Shown: positions 1 to 9,742 of the stretch, piece after piece
Position numbering within the stretch: the stretch's first letter is position 1
How the letters are laid out: each line of letters starts with the position of its first letter
Source: an uncultured delta proteobacterium
GTDB lineage: Bacteria > Desulfobacterota > Desulfobaccia > Desulfobaccales > 0-14-0-80-60-11
DNA: 64,000 nucleotides
Direction of reading: 5' to 3'
Assembly: GCA_963812015.1 (NCBI GenBank)
Contig: CAWETI010000003.1
Span: forward strand, 480,001-544,000
Program-made: the position numbers and the translations under genes
Notes under the pieces: generated by a model
What the model was told of the DNA's origin: nothing
What the model saw: only the letters and a program-made list of their open reading frames with translations
Databases searched by the model: none

Positions 1-2
1 AT

Positions 3-1160
3 ACTGAGGACCTGGCCTCCGATCTCACCGGCTACATCTACCTGGAGCTGCTTTATAACGAAAGACTGCACCAGGATTTCGGGGAGCTGGTCAAAGGCAA
101 CAAGGCGGTGGATGATTTCGTCACCTTGAACGACATCCGGGTGAAAGCCCGGGGCCGGGGTCAGCGCCTCAGGGGTCTCAAGCACAAACAGTGGCGGCCG
201 GATCTGGCCATCCTGGATGACCTGGAGAACGACGCCAACGTGCGGAATCCGGAAATCGTCCAGTCCATCCTGGACTGGGTGAAATCCGCGGTCTATTCCT
301 CCCTGGATGCCCAGGGCAGCCTGATGATCATCGGCACCATTCTGCGGTGGCACAGCGCCCTGCACCAGATGCTGACCAGCCCGGATGAACCCTACTGCCA
401 TTTTACGCGGCGGATTTACCGGGCATACAAGGAAGACGGGACCTCATTGTGGGAGGCCCGGCACCCGGTGGCGCGGCTCAAGCTGCAAAAGCAGTTGATG
501 GGCACCGTGGCCTTTAACCGGGAAAAGATGAATGAACCGGCGCCGGATGGCGGCTTTTTCCAGGAGGATTGGATTCATTATTACCATCCGGACAGTTTGA
601 AGGATCGGGACCTGGTGGTGGTGGGTTTTTTTGACCCTTCCCTGGAGACCGGGGCCACCTCGGACTACAAGGCTTTTGTCAGCGTGGGATGGGACCGCCG
701 GGAAATGGTGATTTACGTGATGGATGCGGTCATCCAGAAAACCACCCTGGAGCAGGTTATGCGCACCATTTTTAACCGGCACCAGCAATTCAGCTATCAA
801 CTGGTGGGGGTGGAAGACAATCTGTTTCAGCGGCTGCTGCTCAAGGAGTTCGACCGGATCGGCGTGGAGCGGGGCCAACTGCTTCCCCTGAGAGGGGTGA
901 CCCACCGCATCGCCAAAGAAACCCGGGTGGCGGGCCTGTCGCCGCTGATGGAGCGGGGCAAGATTCGTTTCATCCGGGGGCATTCGGACCAGGAACTGTT
1001 GGTGGAGCAACTGCTCTTCTTCCCATCTCGGACGCTGCACGATGACGGGCCGGACGCCCTGGAAGGGGCGGTGGGCCTGGTCCGGGACGTGCCGACGGGC
1101 GAGGCGCCGAAATACACCCGGGTGAAGCCGCGGCTCTTCCAGAGCCGGGGGGCGTTTTAG
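3..1160 (+). CDS. Phage terminase large subunit (5' partial)
   Basis: Frame is open from the window start. Has a Walker B-like LAILDDLE, IIGT motif, RNaseH-like FDPS...SDY and C-terminal HDDGPDAL. Confidence 0.9.
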   Translation, partial: TEDLASDLTGYIYLELLYNERLHQDFGELVKGNKAVDDFVTLNDIRVKARGRGQRLRGLKHKQWRPDLAILDDLENDANVRNPEIVQSILDWVKSAVYSSLDAQGSLMIIGTILRWHSALHQMLTSPDEPYCHFTRRIYRAYKEDGTSLWEARHPVARLKLQKQLMGTVAFNREKMNEPAPDGGFFQEDWIHYYHPDSLKDRDLVVVGFFDPSLETGATSDYKAFVSVGWDRREMVIYVMDAVIQKTTLEQVMRTIFNRHQQFSYQLVGVEDNLFQRLLLKEFDRIGVERGQLLPLRGVTHRIAKETRVAGLSPLMERGKIRFIRGHSDQELLVEQLLFFPSRTLHDDGPDALEGAVGLVRDVPTGEAPKYTRVKPRLFQSRGAF

Positions 1161-1164
1161 CAGG

Positions 1165-1250
1165 AGTGAGCAGTAACCGGTAAGCAGTGAGCAGTAGGGC
1201 GATTTGACCAAGCCTTTCCTCAACTCAGCTCACTGCTCGCAGCTCACTGT
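1165..1250. repeat. Heptamer tandem repeats in inverted arrangement
   Basis: gtgagca/gtaaccg/gtaagca/gtgagca followed by complementary ctcagct/cactgct/cgcagct/cactgt. Confidence 0.6.
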
Positions 1251-1261
1251 TAGGAGAAACC

Positions 1262-2497
1262 ATGGGGCTGAAGGATTTATTCGGAAGGCTGTTTAAAGAG
1301 ACGGTGAAGCCGGAAACCCGGGAGTTGGCGGCGGTCAGCCTGGCAGAACGCTGGAGCAGTTACCCCAGCGCGGGGTTGACCCCGAACCGCCTGGCGGCAA
1401 TCTTCCGGGAGGCCGATCAAGGCAACGCTTATCGCCAGATGGAGCTGTTTGAGGAGATGGAGGAGAAGGACGCCCACCTGACGGCGATTCTCCAGACCCG
1501 GAAAATGGCGGTATTGGGCAAGGATTACGAGGTCATGCCCTATGCCAGGACCCCGGAAGACGAAGGGATTGCCGCGGAGGTGGGGGAGATCGTTTACGGC
1601 ATCCCCAACCTGGAGGAGGCCCTCCTGGACCTCATGGATGCCATCGGCAAAGGGTTTGCCCTGAGCGAAATCATCTGGGAGGTGACGGGCAGCCAGGCCC
1701 GGGTGGCGGAGCTGCGGTGGATTCCCCAGAAAAAGGTGACGTTCGGCGAAGACTGGAAGCCGCGCCTGCTGACGGCGGAAGCCAACTGGCAAGGGGTGGC
1801 GCCCCCGCTCTGGAAGGTCATTTATCACCGCTACAAGGCCAGGAGCGGTTACACCACCCGGTCGGGGGTTTTGCGGGTGGTGGGCTGGATGTACCTGCTC
1901 AAGAATTTTGCCTTGAAGGATTGGGCGGCGTTCAACGAGGTGTTCGGCATGCCGCTCAGACTGGGCAAGTATGATAACACGGCCTCTCCGGCGGACCGGG
2001 ATGCCCTGGTGCAGGCGATCCGGAACCTGGGTTCCGACGCGGCGGGAGTGATCAGCAAGGCCACCGAGATCGAATTTGTGGAAGCTACGTCCCGATCCGG
2101 GGGGGTCAACCCCTACCAGCTCATGGCGGAATTTTGCAACCGGGAAATGTCCAAGGCGGTCCTGGGACAAACCCTGACGACGGATACGACGGGGTCGACG
2201 GGGACGTATGGGGCGGCCAGCGTGCACGCCCAGGTGCGCCGGGACATGGTGGACGCCGACGCCCAGGCCCTTGCAAGCACCTTGAGAGAACAACTGCTGC
2301 GTCCCCTGGTGGGATTCAACTTCGGCTGGGATAAGCCCGTGCCCTGGTTCCGCTTCCGGTTTGAAGAGGAAGAGGACCTCAAGACTTTATCCGAGGTTTA
2401 CCGCAACCTGGCGGGCATGGGCGTGCCCCTGGACATGGAGCACGTGGCGGAGCGGTTCGGTATCCCGTTATCAGGGGCGGCGGGCAAGGGCAGTTAA
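1262..2497 (+). CDS. Mu gp29-like portal protein (DUF935 family)
   Basis: Motifs ELFEEMEEKDAHL, DWAAFNEVFGMPLRLGKY and SKAVLGQTLT; lies right after the terminase; aggag RBS. Confidence 0.9.
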   Translation: MGLKDLFGRLFKETVKPETRELAAVSLAERWSSYPSAGLTPNRLAAIFREADQGNAYRQMELFEEMEEKDAHLTAILQTRKMAVLGKDYEVMPYARTPEDEGIAAEVGEIVYGIPNLEEALLDLMDAIGKGFALSEIIWEVTGSQARVAELRWIPQKKVTFGEDWKPRLLTAEANWQGVAPPLWKVIYHRYKARSGYTTRSGVLRVVGWMYLLKNFALKDWAAFNEVFGMPLRLGKYDNTASPADRDALVQAIRNLGSDAAGVISKATEIEFVEATSRSGGVNPYQLMAEFCNREMSKAVLGQTLTTDTTGSTGTYGAASVHAQVRRDMVDADAQALASTLREQLLRPLVGFNFGWDKPVPWFRFRFEEEEDLKTLSEVYRNLAGMGVPLDMEHVAERFGIPLSGAAGKGS

Positions 2498-2526
2498 TCG
2501 TGAGGAGCGGAATGCCTGGAGATTAA

Positions 2527-2568
2527 CCTCACCCCCACCCCAACCCTCCCCCCTCAAGGGGGAGGGGG
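2527..2568. repeat. REP-like GC-rich hairpin repeat (host family)
   Basis: 2530-2566 matches 62141-62177 at 36 of 37 nt. Confidence 0.8.
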
Positions 2569-2762
2569 AAAAGGAAGGAATTCCGTTAGTGACCTGCTTG
2601 ATAGTGTTTGGCTGGTGTTTCGGGAGACGTGGATGGGGAGCGCGGGAAAAACCGGCAGCATAAGGCAACGGCAGGAAATGTCGTAAATGTCGTAAGGGTC
2701 GTCTTTATGCCGATGGCGGGAAAGACCAAGAATCAAATCATCAGGAGGGGGTGAAAAGCAGC

Positions 2763-3098
2763 ATGAAAAAACTCATTATCGCCGCAGTCATCATGGGGTT
2801 ACTCACCGGCGCCGGGGCGGGGTGCCAAGCCTTGAAAAGCGCTTGGTGTTCCCCAACCGCGCAGGAGGTGGCGAACGCGGCTGACTACGTGGCCAGCGCT
2901 GACTCCATTCTGGCTTTTTTGAGCAGTCTGGCGCCCAGCGCCGAGGTAATGGCGGCCATGGCGGCTATCAAGATTGCCAAGAGCGTGTTTGACCAGATCA
3001 AGTCCGGCATCTGCGTGACGTCGGAACAGGAGTCGACCGCGCAGACGGCCATCCAGGCCAGTCAAGCGATGGCCATGAAGATGGGGTACAAGCCGTGA
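2763..3098 (+). CDS. Putative lipoprotein
   Basis: MKKLIIAAVIMGLLTGAGAGC signal peptide with lipobox-like Cys. Alternative GTG start at 2751 with aggagg RBS. Confidence 0.65.
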   Translation: MKKLIIAAVIMGLLTGAGAGCQALKSAWCSPTAQEVANAADYVASADSILAFLSSLAPSAEVMAAMAAIKIAKSVFDQIKSGICVTSEQESTAQTAIQASQAMAMKMGYKP

Positions 3099-3892
3099 AA
3101 GGTTTGGGGTGGCGCAAGGAACATGCTGACCCGCGGGATCTGACCCACGGGGATATCCCCGGAGTATCCGACCGGGTTCAGGCAACGGAAGAAACGCCGG
3201 AGGTGAATTTCTTTACCTGGAGTCCTCCGATCAAAGACCAGGGCGATCTTGGTTCTTGCGTCGCCAATAGTATCGCCGGGGCCTATGAATTTGACGGCAT
3301 CAAGAACACCGGCCGGTATACGTCAGTGTCCCGCCTTTACCTTTACAAGGCGGCCCGGAGATTGGGAGGCTTTACCGGGGATTCCGGGGCCTATATTCGG
3401 GACGGGATGCGGGCGCTGGTAAGACTGGGGGCACCTCCGGAAGCCCTGTGGCCCTATAAGGTGGAAACCTTTGATGCCCCGCCTGATTTTGTGGCCACCG
3501 GATATGCCCAAAACTTCGAGGCCTTGCGCTATGTCAAACTGAAAAATCTGACGGAGATCAAGGCTTATATCCGGGCCGGCTTCCCGGTAATCTTCGGGTT
3601 CACGGTGTTCCCCGCCATCGACCAGGTTAAAGAAGATGGCTGGGTACCCATACCGAAATCCGGGGATCGGCCGGTGGGGGGGCATGCAGTATATAGCTGC
3701 GCCTATTCCAACCTCAAGCAGTCCGGCTATTGGCCGGATCCACCCGGCGCCATCGGGTTTATGAACAGCTGGGGTGATTGGGGGGATAAGGGGAAAGGCT
3801 GGCTGCCCTATGAATATTTTAACCAGGGTTTCTGTGATGATTTCTGGGCGCTCATTTCGGCCAAGCACCCGGATGATAACGACTTTAGCTGA
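3095..3892 (+). CDS. Papain-like C1 family cysteine peptidase
   Basis: DQGDLGSCVANS (oxyanion Gln and catalytic Cys), GGHAV (His), FMNSWGDWGDKG (Asn). Confidence 0.85.
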   Translation: MKGLGWRKEHADPRDLTHGDIPGVSDRVQATEETPEVNFFTWSPPIKDQGDLGSCVANSIAGAYEFDGIKNTGRYTSVSRLYLYKAARRLGGFTGDSGAYIRDGMRALVRLGAPPEALWPYKVETFDAPPDFVATGYAQNFEALRYVKLKNLTEIKAYIRAGFPVIFGFTVFPAIDQVKEDGWVPIPKSGDRPVGGHAVYSCAYSNLKQSGYWPDPPGAIGFMNSWGDWGDKGKGWLPYEYFNQGFCDDFWALISAKHPDDNDFS

Positions 3893-4011
3893 TGAGCGGC
3901 CCGGTGATCTTTGATGCGGACAAGAACTGTCGTTGGGCCAAGTGGATTATGACCAGCCTGTTCGCAGTCCTCCTGGTCTTGATCGGGGTAGTACGATGGT
4001 GCGGGGACTGA
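3892..4011 (+). CDS. Small single-TM protein (39 aa), not in the ORF track
   Basis: TGATG overlap with the peptidase stop; MSGPVIFDADKNCRWAKWIMTSLFAVLLVLIGVVRWCGD. Confidence 0.4.
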   Translation: MSGPVIFDADKNCRWAKWIMTSLFAVLLVLIGVVRWCGD

Positions 4012-4116
4012 TGGGGCTGGAATATGCAGAGCAGCGGGACCTTGAGGCTTTAGGGGAGCCCGACTCAGGCAAAGCGGCTGAACGCCCCTCCTTGAAAAAC
4101 GCGAGGTGAGGAAAAG

Positions 4117-5157
4117 ATGACGATGACAGCAAACGCGGAAAGCCAGGACCAGGTGGTAGTCCTGCCGGAATGGATCAGGGTGCTCCCCCTGGGCCGAGTG
4201 GAATTGGCGGACCACCGGGAGCCGTTCATGGTGGACGAGGCCTCCCTCAAGTCCATGGTAGAGGCGTACCGATCCCGGGGGATAGACCTGGTGATCGATT
4301 ACGAGCATCAATCCCTGCAGGGGGAGCGGGCCCCGGCGGCAGGCTGGATCAAGGACCTGGAGGCCCGGGTCGACGGCCTCTGGGCCCGGGTAGATTGGAC
4401 CCAACAAGCCAGGGACTATCTGGAGAAGAAGGAGTACCGCTACTTCTCCCCCGTACTGCGGCTGGACCCCGAAACCCGCAGGCCTACGGCCCTGATGCAC
4501 GTAGGTCTGACCAACGTGCCGGCCATCAACCATCTGCCACCCCTGGTGGCCCGGTGGGGAGGTGAGGCCGCGGTCCAGGGAGAGCTGGCGCCGGAGGAAC
4601 CGGGACGATGGTCTCCGGCGATGGAGATGGAATCAGGAAAGGAGGAGGCGAAGATGGTGGAGCAGCTCAAACGCCTGATGGGTTTGAAGCCCGAGGAGGA
4701 AGAGCGGGTGGTGTGCGGCAAGGCGCTGGAGACGTTCCGGGACCTGGCCGCGACCTTGAATCTGCCGGGTGAGGTATCCGTGTCCCAACTGAAAGGGGCG
4801 GTGGAAGCCTTGAAGGCCGGGGCGGCGTGTTTGCTAAAGACCGAGGCGGAACTGCAGGCGCTTAAAGCCCGGCTGACGATGGAGACGGCCGACCGGGTGG
4901 TGGAAGAAGCCTTGAAGGCCGGCAAGGTCAGCCCGGCCCAACGGGGCTGGGCGCTGGAATATTGTCGCCGGGATCTGGAAGGCTTCCGGATTTATGTGGA
5001 ACGGGCCCCGAAATTGGTGCCCACCGGCGAGGAACTGCAGCTGCTCAGGGAGGAGCGCCATGACGAACGAGGTTTGCTCCCGGAGGAACTGGCCGTTTGC
5101 CGATCCCTGAACGTTTCTCCGGAAGCCTTTCTGAAGGCCAAGGCCCAAACCGGGTAG
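4117..5157 (+). CDS. Mu-like prohead protease/scaffold (gpI)
   Basis: DLVIDYEHQ, APAAGWIK, YRYFSPV, GLTNVPAI motifs; helical scaffold-like C-terminus. Confidence 0.9.
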   Translation: MTMTANAESQDQVVVLPEWIRVLPLGRVELADHREPFMVDEASLKSMVEAYRSRGIDLVIDYEHQSLQGERAPAAGWIKDLEARVDGLWARVDWTQQARDYLEKKEYRYFSPVLRLDPETRRPTALMHVGLTNVPAINHLPPLVARWGGEAAVQGELAPEEPGRWSPAMEMESGKEEAKMVEQLKRLMGLKPEEEERVVCGKALETFRDLAATLNLPGEVSVSQLKGAVEALKAGAACLLKTEAELQALKARLTMETADRVVEEALKAGKVSPAQRGWALEYCRRDLEGFRIYVERAPKLVPTGEELQLLREERHDERGLLPEELAVCRSLNVSPEAFLKAKAQTG

Positions 5158-5318
5158 TCGCCGGGGAGAGATTGTCAGGGTGGGGAAAGCCAGGGCAGGC
5201 AGGGAAAACTGACCAGAGCGCCTGCCGCCTCAATCCCTGGCTCAGCCCCAGAAGGCCAGAGCAATAGGAAAATTTGCGGCTGAATGTGATTAACCAATAC
5301 AAGCGGAGGTAGAAGGAT

Positions 5319-5726
5319 ATGTCAGCTTTAACCCGTGACCGGGCAACGCCTTACCGGGAAGGAGTCGAGGTGGAATACCCGGTGGCAGCCAATACGAAAA
5401 TCTATGCCGGTTCCCTGGTATGCGCCAATGCGGCGGGTTACGCAGCGCCGGCGGCGGACACCAGCGGTTATCGGTTCGCCGGGGTGGCGGTGGAACAGGT
5501 GGACAACAGCGGCGGCAGTGACGGTGAAAAGAATGTGAGGTTGCGGCGGGCCGGGGTCTTCGAGTTCGACGCGGTCTCCATCACCCAGGGTATGGTGGGA
5601 GCGGCCATGTATGCCGCCGATGACCATACCTTTGATGATGCCGCCGGCCCCACCAATGACATCAAGGTGGGTCTGCTGGTCAAATACGTCTCGGCCACTA
5701 AAGGCTGGATCGACATCGCCAGGTAA
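5319..5726 (+). CDS. Putative capsid cement/decoration protein
   Basis: Lies between protease and capsid; MSALTRDR...YPVAANTKIYAGSLV pattern typical of Mu-like heads. Confidence 0.7.
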   Translation: MSALTRDRATPYREGVEVEYPVAANTKIYAGSLVCANAAGYAAPAADTSGYRFAGVAVEQVDNSGGSDGEKNVRLRRAGVFEFDAVSITQGMVGAAMYAADDHTFDDAAGPTNDIKVGLLVKYVSATKGWIDIAR

Positions 5727-5741
5727 ACGGAGGAAGCTCTC

Positions 5742-6638
5742 ATGATTATCAATATGGAAAGTTTAGCACGCCTGTACACGGGATTTACGGCCGTGTTCAA
5801 CGCCGCCTTCCAGGAGACCCTGACCTGGTATGAGCGGGTGGCCATGACGGTGCCGGCCAATACTCGGATTATGGATTACAAGTTCCTCCTGGATTTTCCC
5901 ATGGTCCGGGAGTGGATCGGTGACCGGCAGATCAGCTCCCTGGAGCCCAAGGCCTTCCAGGTGGAAACCAAGGACTGGGAAGCCACCATCGAGGTGGACC
6001 GGAATGATATCGAGGACGATCAGCTGGGATTTTACAATCCCATTGTGGCGGCCTTGGCCCAGGAAGCGCGGAAACATCCGGAAAGATTGATTTCCGACCT
6101 GCTGCTGGGGGGCTTCTCCACGCCGTGCTATGACGGTCAGAACTTTTTTGCCACCACGCATCCGGTGGGCGCCGAGACCGTCTCGAACTTCGGCGGCGGC
6201 GCCGGCACCGGCTGGTATCTCCTGGACACCAGCCGGGCGGTGAAGCCGTTCATCTTTCAGTTGCGGCGGGACGTCCAACTGGTGCGCATGGACCGGCAGG
6301 ATGACGAGCACGCCTTCATGCGGAAGAAACTGCGCTACGGGGTGGATTATCGGGGAGCGGCGGCCTTTGGCCTGTGGCAGCTAGCCTATGCCTGCAAGGA
6401 AACACTGAACTCCACCAACTACGCCGCGGCCCGGGCCGCCATGATGTCGGTGGCCAACGCCGAGGGCCGGCCCCTGGGGATGATGCCCAACCTGCTGTTA
6501 GTGCCTCCGTCCCTGGAGGCGCAGGCCCGGGAGATTTTGCAGGCGCAGTTTATCATCGGCGACCCCGCCATCGGCGGCGCTCGCACCAATGTCTGGCAGG
6601 GCACAGCGGACCTCCTGGTGGTGCCGGAATTGGCCTAA
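5742..6638 (+). CDS. Mu-like major head subunit gpT
   Basis: REWIGDR, IEDDQLG, CYDGQNFF, WYLLDTSRAVKPFIFQ, FGLWQLAY motifs. Confidence 0.92.
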   Translation: MIINMESLARLYTGFTAVFNAAFQETLTWYERVAMTVPANTRIMDYKFLLDFPMVREWIGDRQISSLEPKAFQVETKDWEATIEVDRNDIEDDQLGFYNPIVAALAQEARKHPERLISDLLLGGFSTPCYDGQNFFATTHPVGAETVSNFGGGAGTGWYLLDTSRAVKPFIFQLRRDVQLVRMDRQDDEHAFMRKKLRYGVDYRGAAAFGLWQLAYACKETLNSTNYAAARAAMMSVANAEGRPLGMMPNLLLVPPSLEAQAREILQAQFIIGDPAIGGARTNVWQGTADLLVVPELA

Positions 6639-6653
6639 CGGGAATAATCAACC

Positions 6654-6685
6654 GGGAAGGCGGCGGCACCGCCGCCCTCCCTTTA
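6654..6685 (+). terminator. Hairpin/terminator after major capsid gene
   Basis: gggaaggcggcgg-ca-ccgccgccctccc followed by ttt. Confidence 0.5.
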
Positions 6686-6707
6686 TGCAGATACGAGGGG
6701 AACGATT

Positions 6708-7046
6708 ATGGCCTGGTTTGGCGGCTTCACTTTAGAAACAGATAATCGGATTCCGGGCGATTACGAAGAAGTTACCGTGGGAGTCAGCACCGTGGGATTT
6801 TCGAGTACGAAAATCATGCCGACCACGGGACCTTATGCGCGCATGGCCGCCCGGGCGGTCCTGGTGTCCTCGGAAACCGGCGACATCCGGTTTCGGATTG
6901 ACGGCGGGCTCCCCAGCACCAGCAGTGGCCACTACTTTACCAACGGTGACACCGTGGTGATCACCGGCACCCAGGCCATCCAGCAATTCCGGGGGATCAG
7001 GAGCGGCGATACGGACGGGGTGTTGAAGGTGACGTATTTTTATTAA
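6708..7046 (+). CDS. Small beta-rich virion protein, possibly a head spike or decoration base
   Basis: 112 aa, gagggg RBS, IRFRIDGGLPS...VLKVTYFY; follows the capsid gene. Function is inferred. Confidence 0.55.
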   Translation: MAWFGGFTLETDNRIPGDYEEVTVGVSTVGFSSTKIMPTTGPYARMAARAVLVSSETGDIRFRIDGGLPSTSSGHYFTNGDTVVITGTQAIQQFRGIRSGDTDGVLKVTYFY

Positions 7047-7233
7047 TGGGGCCAGGGTGACTGCCGGAACCTGGTATCTATCCTGAATTATGATGGTTTG
7101 CTCTTCAGGGGGTGAATGCGGCCTTTCCGGAGCGTATGGATTTTTCTGACTCACCATTGGGCGGGTTTGGTGAGGGCTTAACAGATCAAATTAACCTGCT
7201 CAAGTCCACCTTGCAGTGAAGAGGGAGAGATAA

Positions 7234-8715
7234 ATGCCGGGAACATTTTCCTACGCCGCCGCTACGAATACCGTCACCGTTACCGGCGGCGCTTCCGGGT
7301 CGCCAGCGGACTTCGCCTCCTTCGTGGCGGCGGATAGGGCCGGGGCCGGCACTTCACTCCTGGCGGCCTGGTCGCCCAACAGCAATACCAAAGCCCTGAC
7401 CTATCAGGTGCGGCCAGTGGAGAAACTGGCCCTGCTCATCTCGTTTGCCGTGGCCGGAAAAACCGCCGAAACCGACTACATCTTTATCACCGGGACGGAT
7501 TGGTTAGGGGCGGCACAGACCGAATCCATTAACGTGAGCGCCGGGAACGGCAGCTATGTCAGCACGAAATATTGGCGCAGCATCACCAACATCGACTGCT
7601 CCGACAATCCGGCCGGCGGCGGCACAGTCTGGGCCAACGGCACGGTGGCGGTGACTCAGCCTATCTGGGGGGTAATTTGGGATAAGGGCAATAGCCAGTA
7701 CCAACTTGACTGTTTTTTTTATGTGGGCGACGGTTCTACGTCAACGTATTTTGCAGATGTTTCAAAACAAATAGTAATTAGTGAAATCGGGGCCGGGTTC
7801 TGGAACGGGACTATTCAGGTGCGCGGAAACGCTACATTAAGGGTTGGCGCGATTGAAGATGCCGTCAATAAATATTCTTCTTCGGGTTGCAGTGTTAGAT
7901 GGATAGGAGCATCAGCAACCGGGATAGACTGTGGAAATGGCAGTGTTTATATATTAAGCAGTCAATTATCCGGCGCAACAAGAACGTATATTCTGCCAGT
8001 TTCAAGCAACGCATCTAATTATTTGAGGATTTGGAACTCAATCCTTACTTACAATATGGAATTAAATAGCGCCTACTACAGTGATTTGTATAATGTTCGC
8101 ATAGAAATGACTAATAGTGCGGCATTAAATACAGTACCTTACTGTACGATAAACAATGTTTCCTGTATTGGCGGGCCAAACGGTCTGCGCCACAGTCTTG
8201 TGTCGCTGACCGCCAAGAATGTCGAAATAAAGGGTATGAGCGGTGCTGCTATCGTAATGGGTACTGGTTTAGATATAGCAGGCAGAGATTTATATTTAAT
8301 GAACTGCACCCTGGACAATTGGACATTTTCGTGGGATGCAACGTGCATAAATGCTTGTTATAGACAGAACACTATTAATCTCCACGTGACCGACAAGAAT
8401 GGCAACAATATTACCGGAGCTACTGTCACGCTCAAGGATAAGAACGCCAACACCGTATTCAGCGACAGCACCGGGGCTGATGGTAAGATTGCGGAGCAGA
8501 CCGTGAGCCGTGGTTATTACGACCGAGCCCACGGCGACACCTTGCAGGACTACGGCCCCCACACCCTGACCATTACTAAAGCGGGTTATCAGGACTATAC
8601 GGATGTTATTACCATTGACCGGAAAATGGATTTGGAGCTGGCGTTATCTTTCGTGAGAACCTCCCCTACCAACCTTGGGCTGGTGCCTCTGGGAATCAAG
8701 CAGGTGGCGATATGA
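7234..8715 (+). CDS. Putative virion fibre/adhesin with beta-helix-like core and C-terminal carboxypeptidase-regulatory-like domain
   Basis: 493 aa; Asn/Ser/Ile-rich centre; C-terminal VTDKNGNNITGATVTL...HTLTITKAGY; AT-rich central DNA. Confidence 0.55.
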   Translation: MPGTFSYAAATNTVTVTGGASGSPADFASFVAADRAGAGTSLLAAWSPNSNTKALTYQVRPVEKLALLISFAVAGKTAETDYIFITGTDWLGAAQTESINVSAGNGSYVSTKYWRSITNIDCSDNPAGGGTVWANGTVAVTQPIWGVIWDKGNSQYQLDCFFYVGDGSTSTYFADVSKQIVISEIGAGFWNGTIQVRGNATLRVGAIEDAVNKYSSSGCSVRWIGASATGIDCGNGSVYILSSQLSGATRTYILPVSSNASNYLRIWNSILTYNMELNSAYYSDLYNVRIEMTNSAALNTVPYCTINNVSCIGGPNGLRHSLVSLTAKNVEIKGMSGAAIVMGTGLDIAGRDLYLMNCTLDNWTFSWDATCINACYRQNTINLHVTDKNGNNITGATVTLKDKNANTVFSDSTGADGKIAEQTVSRGYYDRAHGDTLQDYGPHTLTITKAGYQDYTDVITIDRKMDLELALSFVRTSPTNLGLVPLGIKQVAI

Positions 8716-9506
8716 TCTATGTGGTCTTTTTCAGCAATGCCGGGGCGCCGGCGACCGGACTGTCTCCGGCCATCGGGGTCTACAAGCAGGTCTCGGATGG
8801 GACGGACGTGACCCCGGTGCCGGCAATCTCGGAGATTGGGGGCGGGTTCTACAAGTTTACCGCGAGCCCGGCTGAGGCCCTGGTGGTCAGGATGAACGGC
8901 GGCGGGACTCTGACGGATGCGGATAAGTACAAGGTGATGCAGATCACGCCGCATGACGCCGACCTGGACGCCCAGGTGAGCACCCGGACCCCGGAATCAG
9001 GGGGAAGCGTGGCGGCGATCAAGACCAAGACCGATAACCTCCCGTCAGCTCCGGCGAGTGAGGGCAACGTCCAGGGCCACGTGGCGGACGCCCTGGCCGC
9101 GTATGACCCGCCCACCAAGGCGGAGTTGGACGCGGCAGTGTCGCCTTTGGCGCTGGAGGCCGGGCTTGAGGCCCACGTGCTGGCGGTCCTCAACTCTTAT
9201 GATCCGCCGACCCGGGCTGAGGCCACTGCAGATAAAGCGGCCATCCTGGCGGCCATCGCCGGACTGAACGACGTTACGGTGGGAGAGATTCTCAGCGGGG
9301 ACCTGTCGGACCGCCTGAGCTTTCCGGGGAACTCTCTGGCGGACCTGGTGCGCAAGCTCTTCTGGGTCGTCTGCAACCGCCTGGTGATCACCGATGCGAG
9401 CGGGGCCTTAACGGCCTACAAGACCGACGGCGTGACCCCGGCGGCGACCGGGACCATCACGGATAACGGCGCCACCACGGAGAGGAGTAGACCCACATGG
9501 CCGTAA
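8712..9506 (+). CDS. Hypothetical virion protein with internal YDPPT(K/R)AE repeat
   Basis: ATGA overlap with the upstream gene; AYDPPTKAE and SYDPPTRAE repeats. Confidence 0.65.
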   Translation: MIYVVFFSNAGAPATGLSPAIGVYKQVSDGTDVTPVPAISEIGGGFYKFTASPAEALVVRMNGGGTLTDADKYKVMQITPHDADLDAQVSTRTPESGGSVAAIKTKTDNLPSAPASEGNVQGHVADALAAYDPPTKAELDAAVSPLALEAGLEAHVLAVLNSYDPPTRAEATADKAAILAAIAGLNDVTVGEILSGDLSDRLSFPGNSLADLVRKLFWVVCNRLVITDASGALTAYKTDGVTPAATGTITDNGATTERSRPTWP

Positions 9507-9664
9507 GCCCGAAGGCGTTGGCGTCCTGGGGCCTGCGGTCGGACGGAGGCGGGCACGTCACCCGGGTCATACAGGAGATGGAAATTGTGGTGGCCACCGC
9601 CGAGCCTCTGGCCGTGGAACTTTCGGCCGCCGAAATCAGCGTGGAGTTGAGCGACAACCAATAG
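9497..9664 (+). CDS. Small hypothetical protein (55 aa), not in the ORF track
   Basis: gaggag RBS at 9482; MAVSPKALASWGLRSDGGG...ELSDNQ; overlaps the upstream stop. Confidence 0.5.
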   Translation: MAVSPKALASWGLRSDGGGHVTRVIQEMEIVVATAEPLAVELSAAEISVELSDNQ

Positions 9665-9742
9665 ATTGACGGTTTTCGGTTTTTGGCTTTTTCCATATTT
9701 TCCATAAAGGCAGGGAAACCAAGGGAGGCGAAGAGAAGCCGA

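Noticed and set aside
7234..8715. Fibre gene as a DGR target or invertible segment
   Set aside because: No duplicate region, invertase gene or flanking inverted repeats found.
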